From a bacterium (GTDB lineage Bacteria; Patescibacteriota; Minisyncoccia; Phycocordibacterales; CAIZLB01), in the NCBI GenBank assembly GCA_027490575.1, contig JAIXXV010000032.1, forward strand, positions 13,211 through 77,210: a stretch of 64,000 nt of DNA, written 5' to 3'. Position numbers and translations under genes: made by a program. The notes under the pieces are model-generated. The model worked only from the letters and a program-made list of their open reading frames with translations, searched no databases and had not been told where the DNA came from. Positions 56,973 through 64,000 of this stretch are shown in pieces; the stretch's first letter is position 1, and every line of letters begins with the position of its first letter.

Positions 56973-57422
56973 TTATTTTACTGCGTTGACTGCTTTGTTT
57001 GCTACTTTCTTGGCAACCTTAGTAGCCTTTTTTACTGTCTTCTTGGCAACTTTAGAACCTACAGAAAGTTCTTTTTTAATATTTTTCCAGTGACTCTTAA
57101 GCTCATTTGCAATAGACTGAACCTCAGTTGTATCAATGTTTTTAACATTTTGATAACGAGTCATAACGGCATCTACAGCTTTGTTGTACAAGTCTTCATT
57201 CACCTCCTTTAGAGATTCTACTTTTTGAAGAACCTCGCCCTTAGCTTTTAGGGCCCATCCTTTTACTTGTTTTATCTTCTTTTGAGCTGGTTTGTTGCCG
57301 TGTATAAAGTAAGCACCTGCAATAGCTGCAGCGGCAAGTCCCCCTAGTATTGCTAGACCGTGACCAGAACCATTATCTGAAGCTTTTGCTGTCTTGTTTG
57401 TTTTTGAATTATTTTTTGGCAT
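56973..57422 (-). CDS. Hypothetical membrane-anchored coiled-coil protein with a Lys/Ala-rich tail
   Basis: A TM segment near the N-terminus (LAILGGLAAAAIAGAYFI) and a C-terminal KKTVKKATKVAKKVANK tail. Confidence 0.4.
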   Translation of the reverse strand: MPKNNSKTNKTAKASDNGSGHGLAILGGLAAAAIAGAYFIHGNKPAQKKIKQVKGWALKAKGEVLQKVESLKEVNEDLYNKAVDAVMTRYQNVKNIDTTEVQSIANELKSHWKNIKKELSVGSKVAKKTVKKATKVAKKVANKAVNAVK

Positions 57423-57499
57423 ATGTTTATTTGTTTATGAGTTTATTATATCACATATAAAAAGCATACACCGCAAACTCCCACTATCAGACCGACACA

Positions 57500-57799
57500 T
57501 TAATCCTCCTTCTTTTTCCGAGCCTTCTTGTAAACTGCTTGTCCGAAAAGAAATGCTGATATCCATTTACCAAGACCTGAAACCTTTTGACCTTCCTCCT
57601 TTATACGCGTCCTGAGGTTTTCGATATCGTCTGCCACTTTTTCACTTTCTAACTCTATTCTTTTTACAATACGACTCATTGATCTGGCAACTTTAGCTAC
57701 GTAAAACAAGACTATTGCTAAAATAATAGCCATTACCACAAATCCAATCGATGCAATGAAGAAAAATATGTCTGCTTGTATAATATTTGATGTATTCAT
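57500..57799 (-). CDS. DUF948-like small membrane protein
   Basis: N-terminal TM segment plus a coiled coil. Confidence 0.4.
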   Translation of the reverse strand: MNTSNIIQADIFFFIASIGFVVMAIILAIVLFYVAKVARSMSRIVKRIELESEKVADDIENLRTRIKEEGQKVSGLGKWISAFLFGQAVYKKARKKKED

Positions 57800-57841
57800 T
57801 TTATAATTTTAAATGATGTTTATAGATACTAACTATCTGTA

Positions 57842-58609
57842 CTATAGGTTGAATATACGTCTGAAAAAAGATCCTTTACTCTCCGGATGAGCGCCGTGTA
57901 AGTTGGGTTCTGGATGACCTTTTTTTGTTATCATAAGTACAAATAAAACCACCATAGCCAAGTAAAGCGCAAGTATCAATGGATCAGCTACCACAAAAGA
58001 TGTAGGTAAGAAAAATACTAGAAATAGCCAACTAAGATTGCCTGGTAGCTCAAGGTTGTGTAGCCTCCTAGTAATCATTGACATCATCATAAGCGTAACT
58101 GGCGCAAGTATAAATGGGATGGTTGTGATAAAGAGCCCTTCTTGGTCTGACTCAATAGCCGTAGTGATTGCTTCCCAAAGATTTGGAGAAAGTACAGATA
58201 TAGCAACAGCTCCTATGACGAGCGATAGATAGCCGACACTAAAGAAAAACAGAAAACCTAATATGAAGTCCTTTCTGCGAAGTCTACCGGCAAAAAGACC
58301 TTCGTGCTTTGCCACATGAGCGATTTTGCTCTTAGATACGCCTTCGATATGCCTAGTATCAACACGCCCTGATTCACTTGGTACACTGGATGCACTAGGT
58401 GTACCAGGCATACTTAGCGGTGGCAAGAAATCATTTTGAGCAACTAGGTCTTGATGGATATTTTTGTGCTGTCTCCTAACCTCATTGAATCCGTCCGTAA
58501 TATCTGCTTCTGAAAAACCAGCTCTTAGAAGCATCTGCTTTATATGCTCAGGAGATGTTGAATGCTCTAACTTTAGTCTTATAAAAGAAACTATTCCTTG
58601 TTCAGTCAT
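57842..58609 (-). CDS. DUF805 family inner membrane protein with an N-terminal cytoplasmic extension
   Basis: GRLRRKDFILGFLFF...ITRRLHNLELPGNLSWLFLVF resembles the DUF805 pattern (GRIgRkeFW...RRLHD.G.SGWW.LL). Confidence 0.5.
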   Translation of the reverse strand: MTEQGIVSFIRLKLEHSTSPEHIKQMLLRAGFSEADITDGFNEVRRQHKNIHQDLVAQNDFLPPLSMPGTPSASSVPSESGRVDTRHIEGVSKSKIAHVAKHEGLFAGRLRRKDFILGFLFFFSVGYLSLVIGAVAISVLSPNLWEAITTAIESDQEGLFITTIPFILAPVTLMMMSMITRRLHNLELPGNLSWLFLVFFLPTSFVVADPLILALYLAMVVLFVLMITKKGHPEPNLHGAHPESKGSFFRRIFNL

Positions 58610-58645
58610 GTAAAAATTATATCACAGAAAAATTATTCAACTACA

Positions 58646-59173
58646 CTAAACAATACTTAGGATGTGATTAAAGTGCTTTTCTGAAACTGGTTGTATGGAA
58701 AGTCTGCTACCTTTTTGACAAACAATCATATCTTTCAACACAGGATCCATTTTTAAATGTTTTAAACTTATCGGCTTGTTAAACTTTTTGACGAACTTAA
58801 AATCAACCAGTACCCAAATTGGCACAAAATTATTTCCATCTTTTTCTGCTTGCTTTTTAAGCTTAAGTGACCTGGGATCAAAGTGCTCATCTTTTGCATC
58901 AAGAGCACTTGGGTCACCGTACGGTGAAGATGCAACCTTTGCCAAGCCATATATACCGGTGGGGTTATCTATATATTTTGAGTTTGAATGATAAAACAAA
59001 GCCAAATCACCAATCTTCATGCTATCCCTCATAAAGTTTCTTGCTTGAAAATTTCTAACACCTGTCCACGGAGAAACACTTTCTCTTTTTAGGTCGTCTA
59101 TTGAAAAGCAATCTGCCTCTGACTTTATCAGCCAAAATGATTTTGCAGGGGTTTTACTCATCTTTTCTACCAT
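58646..59173 (-). CDS. EVE (PUA-like) domain protein
   Basis: FWLIKSEADCFSIDDLKRE...WTGVRNFQARNFMRDSMKIGDLALFYHS is the EVE domain signature. Confidence 0.6.
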   Translation of the reverse strand: MVEKMSKTPAKSFWLIKSEADCFSIDDLKRESVSPWTGVRNFQARNFMRDSMKIGDLALFYHSNSKYIDNPTGIYGLAKVASSPYGDPSALDAKDEHFDPRSLKLKKQAEKDGNNFVPIWVLVDFKFVKKFNKPISLKHLKMDPVLKDMIVCQKGSRLSIQPVSEKHFNHILSIV

Positions 59174-59188
59174 TCTTTATCGTCCTTA

Positions 59189-60058
59189 TTATTTAGTTAA
59201 TAGGGTAAATTCAGTAACTGAGATGTTTGATCCGCTTACCGCATAGCTTACCGCTGCATTATAAGTAGAACGTCCGTCCGTGTATGTAACCACAGCTCTG
59301 TTTGTACCATCGAATCTAATACTTGCTATTGTGAATGGAGAAGCAGATTTTACTGGAGACAAAGAATTAATGTTTTGCTTTATAAATGCATTAAACAACT
59401 CTCTTGCTGTAGGCGCTCTTGATGGTTGATTTGTAGTAGTGTCAACCGGTCTGTTCTGAATAGGATTAGCAGTTACAGCACTAGGGAAAGCTGATCTGTT
59501 ATTTTCATCAACAACAACTTCAGCTTCAGGTATAGTACTCATTGAATAAAAATAATATCCTACTCCAGCTAATGCAAGAATGACGAATATAGAAATAATA
59601 GTCCACCATACCTTGGCCATACTGTGAGGAGTGGTACTAACATGGGTATTAGTATGAGTAACTGGAGTGAATGCAGAAACTGAAGGCGTGGAATTTGAAA
59701 AAGTAGTACTTGTTACTGAAGGCTGTGGCTTGAGAGCCGAATAGCTAGATGCAGGTTTTGGTGAGTCTTGAACAGGTGTTTGAACTGGTGATTGAACAGA
59801 TGTAACTGGTATATGTTGAGGTGCAACACGAGAAGAAGATGTATTCATACCGATAAATGCAGGTGTTGTTTCTACAGTCGCTTTGTCATTGTGATCTGCC
59901 ACAGGCATAGCACCTGGTAAAACCACATCGCTCTTAGTAACTGGTTCGTGAGAAAACCCAGTAGATTGCCCTTGGTTCTGTATAGTATTAATTTGACCCA
60001 GACCAGTTGTATTACCAGCTAAATTTCCGTCTTGTTTAGGTATTAAATTATCATTCAT
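59189..60058 (-). CDS. Hypothetical single-pass membrane protein (S/T/P/Q-rich N-terminal region, central TM, C-terminal extracytoplasmic domain)
   Basis: Central TM segment WWTIISIFVILALAGVGYYFY. Adjacent to lexA. Confidence 0.4.
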   Translation of the reverse strand: MNDNLIPKQDGNLAGNTTGLGQINTIQNQGQSTGFSHEPVTKSDVVLPGAMPVADHNDKATVETTPAFIGMNTSSSRVAPQHIPVTSVQSPVQTPVQDSPKPASSYSALKPQPSVTSTTFSNSTPSVSAFTPVTHTNTHVSTTPHSMAKVWWTIISIFVILALAGVGYYFYSMSTIPEAEVVVDENNRSAFPSAVTANPIQNRPVDTTTNQPSRAPTARELFNAFIKQNINSLSPVKSASPFTIASIRFDGTNRAVVTYTDGRSTYNAAVSYAVSGSNISVTEFTLLTK

Positions 60059-60080
60059 GATACGACAATTGTAACATAAA

Positions 60081-60656
60081 CTATAATTTACGTATAACCG
60101 CTTTAACTACAGCAGCAATTTTGAGGTCATACTCAGGGTATATATTTTTAAATTTTTTATTTGCCGGTTCAAGGTATATCTGACCTTTTTTATCTCTCCT
60201 AAAATACTTCATCGTCCAACCTCCGTCGACTTCTGCGATTACAATATCTCCCACCTTTGCATTTTCAGTTCTCTCAACAAGAACAAGGTCACCTTCAGCT
60301 ATGTGAGCTTCTATCATTGATTCCCCTTTCACTTCGAGCATATACGTTGAGCCTTTTGTACCTTCCAAAAGGAGCTCGTCTATAGAAGTAGAATCAAGTA
60401 CATCTTCTTCTGCCACTGTTGGCATACCAGCTTCTACTAGTCCAAGTAAAGGAATCTCATTTGAAAGCTTTTGGGGTGTAAGCTTGCCCCTCGAGTCCTT
60501 GTTGAATACACCTTCCTCTACAAGTTTGTTAATGAGTTTATAGACAGCATTTTTGGACTTGAATCCAAGCATATCCATAATCTCATTATACCCAGGCACA
60601 CGCCTATTGGTCTTATAGAAATTAAGTATTTTTTGTTTGTAATCTTGGTAAGTCAT
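60081..60656 (-). CDS. lexA: LexA repressor (S24 peptidase)
   Basis: N-terminal wHTH, the Ala-Gly cleavage region (VEAGMP) and Ser/Lys catalytic motifs (VKGESM...). Confidence 0.85.
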   Translation of the reverse strand: MTYQDYKQKILNFYKTNRRVPGYNEIMDMLGFKSKNAVYKLINKLVEEGVFNKDSRGKLTPQKLSNEIPLLGLVEAGMPTVAEEDVLDSTSIDELLLEGTKGSTYMLEVKGESMIEAHIAEGDLVLVERTENAKVGDIVIAEVDGGWTMKYFRRDKKGQIYLEPANKKFKNIYPEYDLKIAAVVKAVIRKL

Positions 60657-60661
60657 TTTTT

Positions 60662-60755
60662 GCAGTTATCAGGTGGTGGTTAGCAGATATCAGGTATCAG
60701 ATGACAGATATCAGGTATCAGGTATCAGGTATCAGATGACAGATATCAGGTATCC
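60662..60755 (+). repeat. Longest heptamer-periodic (NNTANCAG)n tandem array (about 13 units), directly upstream of lexA
   Basis: cagttat caggtgg tggttag cag atatcag gtatcag atgacag atatcag gtatcag gtatcag gtatcag atgacag atatcag gtatcc. Confidence 0.7.
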
Positions 60756-61100
60756 ATTAAATGCTAATGCTTAGATGCTGGAGTCTATTAAAACATGAAT
60801 GAGGCGAGTGAGAATGTTCTAGCTAATGAAGCCTCACTTTCAAGTCTTCTCAATTGTAGCATGAGGTTCTTATGCTTTCGAGATTCCTTTTCATATGATT
60901 CTCCTTTTATGATTTTAAAATCTATTCTTTTGTTGATTGAGTTAAGCTCTCTTCTTATTGCAAACATAATTGTCATTTTTCTCATGGTATTTATTTTGTT
61001 ATTTTTTAATGTTCTTTGTCTTTCCTTGTATGTTTATATAATAGGTGAACTATAGTTCACTGTCAAACATTTAGTATAAAAATACTGTGGATAAGTCTTA

Positions 61101-61140
61101 AACAGATAACAGTTGGTAATTATCAGGTGACAGTTAGCAG
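61101..61140 (+). repeat. Heptamer-periodic repeat abutting the helicase stop codon
   Basis: aacagataacag ttggtaa ttatcag gtgacag ttagcag. Confidence 0.55.
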
Positions 61141-62610
61141 TTAGGTGCTTATCAAAAAATCAACAACTCTCTGGTCTACTTGTATATCTCTTCTCGTTAT
61201 AGGTTTGGTGAGCTGAATCCCCTCGAGACTTCTAACGCGACTTAGCGCCACATAAGCTTGTCCATGTGCAAAAGTCCCCTTTCCAAAATCTATGATTGCA
61301 TTATCGAACGTTTTACCTTGACTCTTGTGTATAGTAACTGCCCAAGCAAGTTTTACCGGTATTTGTATGTACTTTCCAACAACCTCAGAAGAAACTCTGT
61401 TTTGCTTTGAGTCAAATTCATATCTAACTGATTCCCAACTTTCACTTTCAACTTCCTCGGTCTTGCCATTACGAAGTTGTACATTGATGGAAGTTGAGTT
61501 TAGCTTTTTTACAATACCAAGATCTCCATTGACCCATCTGCCCATAGGATCATTTCTAAGCATCATGACTTGTGCGCCAACTTTCAGCACCAGAGCTTCA
61601 GGCGCTGGTGTAGTTTTTCTATCAAAAGCTCCTTGTACATGACCTTTGTATGTTTTAGCGGCACCATATATTTCAGTTAGCTTTTTGTTATTGATTACCT
61701 CAGCTGATGCATTGGTAGAAACTAGATATATGGCATCACTTGGCATTTTTTTCTTTTTATTTAAACTGCTTTTGCCTGCATTTTTTGAATGAGCGCCAGA
61801 CTTAGTTTTTCCACCAATCCCCTCACTACTATCATTGTCCATATCAATCACTAGCTCATAATCACCTCCGAATTGATAGTCAGACTCTGATTGAAATCCA
61901 CCTGAATCTGACACGGAGTCTTGATTGAAATTTTGTGAAAAATCTAGACAGCACACTGAATTGATTTTATAAAGATCATTTTCATCCATACGACCTGTAC
62001 GAATCCTATCAAGGATAGAGACGAACTCAGTATCACTTTGTCTATAAACTTCTGTAAGCTCAGCTATCTGGAAATTGCCCTTGGGATATGACTTTGAATC
62101 AAAAAAGTATGGGCTCTGATAATGATCTATGAAGACGTACTGTTCATGTGGAGCAACTACCGGAGGCAACTGAAACATGTCTCCAATAGCCACCATTTGT
62201 ACACCACCAAAAAACTCACCAGGCTTTGGACCGTTGAGTCTAAGGAATCTCTCAACACAATCAAAAAGATCTGCACGGACCATAGATATTTCATCTATTA
62301 CAAGTGTGTCTAGCTTTTTGTAAAGCTTAGATAAGGTCTCATCTGAGATAATGCTTATATCTCTATCTATCACACCTATCTTAAACTTAAAGAAGCTGTG
62401 TATGGTCTGACCTTTGATATTTAGTGCTGCTATGCCTGTGGGTGCAACTACGGCTATGTTTTTCTTGGTGGTATCTCGAAAATGTTGCAGCAAAGTAGAT
62501 TTACCAGTACCAGCTCTACCAGTAATGAATATGTTTTGGCTAGAATTTTCAAGCAAATCTAATATATCTTTTGACTCGTCAGATAATTTCATATCTGAAT
62601 AATACTCCAA
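61141..62610 (-). CDS. Pif1/RecD-like SF1 DNA helicase with an internal low-complexity insertion
   Basis: Walker A GRAGTGKST, then VVAPTGIAALNIKGQTIHSFF...DEISMV, then the C-terminal VTIHKSQGKTFD and AYVALSRVRSLEGI motifs typical of the Pif1 family. A S/D/G-rich insert lies at ~residues 225-290. Confidence 0.75.
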   Translation of the reverse strand: MEYYSDMKLSDESKDILDLLENSSQNIFITGRAGTGKSTLLQHFRDTTKKNIAVVAPTGIAALNIKGQTIHSFFKFKIGVIDRDISIISDETLSKLYKKLDTLVIDEISMVRADLFDCVERFLRLNGPKPGEFFGGVQMVAIGDMFQLPPVVAPHEQYVFIDHYQSPYFFDSKSYPKGNFQIAELTEVYRQSDTEFVSILDRIRTGRMDENDLYKINSVCCLDFSQNFNQDSVSDSGGFQSESDYQFGGDYELVIDMDNDSSEGIGGKTKSGAHSKNAGKSSLNKKKKMPSDAIYLVSTNASAEVINNKKLTEIYGAAKTYKGHVQGAFDRKTTPAPEALVLKVGAQVMMLRNDPMGRWVNGDLGIVKKLNSTSINVQLRNGKTEEVESESWESVRYEFDSKQNRVSSEVVGKYIQIPVKLAWAVTIHKSQGKTFDNAIIDFGKGTFAHGQAYVALSRVRSLEGIQLTKPITRRDIQVDQRVVDFLIST

Positions 62611-62615
62611 TCAAT

Positions 62616-63764
62616 CTAACCCTGCATCTTCTTTTTTGTCTTTTGTTGTTGCATTAGTTTAAATGCAGTAGCTATGTCTGAAACAGAGGCTTGTGCATTG
62701 GCACTAGATGATACAGTTGACGCATCAGACGCATTTGAGAAAGACACGAGTCTCTGATTTCCAAATGAGTAATATTTATGGAATACAAGTGCACCCAGTA
62801 AACTACTTAGCATTAAGCCCGTAAGCAAGATTGCGCTTTTTACGCCAGGAGTTACTCCTGTTGCAGGAACTTGGTTTAGGAATACACCCGAGACCGGCTG
62901 TCCAGAAACACCAGAAGTGTACTGGTACGTAGGTTGAACATAAGTATAAGTAGTCGGTTGTGTATATACAGGTTGTGTATATGTTTGTTGGTAGTTGTAG
63001 TCGTAAGGATAATAGTATTGATTTGGATTTTGATATTGCCAATTCCAAGTTTGATTTTGCCAAGTATTGTTCCAACTACTATTATTCCAGCCATTATTCC
63101 ATGTATTGTTCCAATTATTATTCCAGTTGTTATTTGTTCCATAACCAACTTGTACAAATAAACTTGCACAAGAAGTATTATTAAATGATGAGCAAATTGT
63201 GTAAGACATTGTACCTAATTGATTACCTGTAACTGTTATCTGGCTACCACTTATATAAGCACTAGCAATACTTGAGTTATTGTTATTTGAAATAAAATAT
63301 CCTCCGCCAGTACCTGAGATATTTACAGATTGAGTTTGCCCCACATTCAGAGTAAGACTTGTCTGACTTAAGCTTATGGTTTGATTATTCCATGTTCCAC
63401 CTGTCACATTGACCTGAAGCGTTGCACAAGGAGCCATAGACGCTTGCGAACATATAGTTAGACTTGATGTTCCTTGAGATAGACCTTGAACTTGCACTAG
63501 TCCACTTGATGATCCTGCACTTACCACGGTACTGTTTGAGTTTGCTGATACGTAGTAGTTACCTGATCCACCTGACACATTTACAGTAACTGTTTGACCT
63601 GAGTTTATATTTATAAATGACTGACTAAGATATATTGGTCCGTAGTAAGGGGTTGACTGTGCACTAGCAAAACCACCTGGCACCAAAAAAGATAGTGCAG
63701 ATAGGCATACTGAAACTGCGAAAATGGTGCTTTTTATAGCTATTTTTTTAGATATATTTGTCAT
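62616..63764 (-). CDS. Secreted surface protein with two Ig-like repeats, an N/W-rich low-complexity region and the C-terminal module PVSGVFLNQVPATG + TM + long tail
   Basis: Signal peptide, repeats (NYYVSANSNSTVVSAGSSS...; GYFISNNNNSSIASAYISGSQ...), an NNWNN repeat tract, and a C-terminal motif identical to that of ORF 44818-46161. Confidence 0.55.
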   Translation of the reverse strand: MTNISKKIAIKSTIFAVSVCLSALSFLVPGGFASAQSTPYYGPIYLSQSFININSGQTVTVNVSGGSGNYYVSANSNSTVVSAGSSSGLVQVQGLSQGTSSLTICSQASMAPCATLQVNVTGGTWNNQTISLSQTSLTLNVGQTQSVNISGTGGGYFISNNNNSSIASAYISGSQITVTGNQLGTMSYTICSSFNNTSCASLFVQVGYGTNNNWNNNWNNTWNNGWNNSSWNNTWQNQTWNWQYQNPNQYYYPYDYNYQQTYTQPVYTQPTTYTYVQPTYQYTSGVSGQPVSGVFLNQVPATGVTPGVKSAILLTGLMLSSLLGALVFHKYYSFGNQRLVSFSNASDASTVSSSANAQASVSDIATAFKLMQQQKTKKKMQG

Positions 63765-64000
63765 AATGAGCCTATAGTACGCTTATTATTTATAATTTCA
63801 AGTAAAAAACACCGTATTTAATCGGTGCTTTTTACTTAATTTAGACCCAATAAACCATTTACACGGAGATCTGTGGAGGAAATGATTGAGCTTATATCTC
63901 AAATACTACTTGCTCTTTTGGATATCTAACTTTTGCATACTTTGCTGATTCATCACTTTCGTCTCTATAACCTAAAGCAATAACTACTTTAGACTTTAGA

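Noticed and set aside
60662-60755. CRISPR array
   Set aside because: Units are 7 nt with no unique spacers between them. This is periodic microsatellite-like repetition, not a repeat-spacer architecture, and there are no cas genes.

Overview
Low-GC (~38-40%) bacterial chromosomal segment with compact, short housekeeping genes. The gene content and style are consistent with a reduced-genome, Gram-positive-type Patescibacteria/Saccharibacteria-like lineage (inference from gene content and a sortase plus wall-anchored surface proteins; not verified). Core genes recognised from motifs: rpsA, pth, lepB, hisS-like, rpsU, ybeY, ftsA-ftsZ, trxB, nhaP, tRNA-Val, tRNA-Glu, msrA/msrB, tsaD, valS, hsp20, rpsP, rnr, rnc-smc, a nusB-NUDIX fusion, rpmF, rnhB, dnaE, thrS, ung, ogt, sortase, gyrB, lexA and a Pif1-like helicase. 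Between them sit several compositionally distinct segments, marked by higher GC or extreme AT. These include a tRNA-Val/tRNA-Glu locus with partial tRNA duplications flanking an EEP-family nuclease gene; two hypothetical membrane-protein genes that share a conserved leader motif; a GC-rich segment carrying a tiny arginine-rich ORF or structured RNA; a cell-envelope cluster of high-GC secreted proteins, L,D-transpeptidase, sortase and a CARDB protein; two surface proteins with an identical C-terminal 'PVSGVFLNQVPATG'+TM module; and solitary toxin-like ORFs. A genome-specific family of 7-nt-periodic tandem repeats, (NNTANCAG)n, fills many intergenic gaps exactly between stop and start codons. 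No rRNA, CRISPR array or recognisable transposase/integrase gene was seen.
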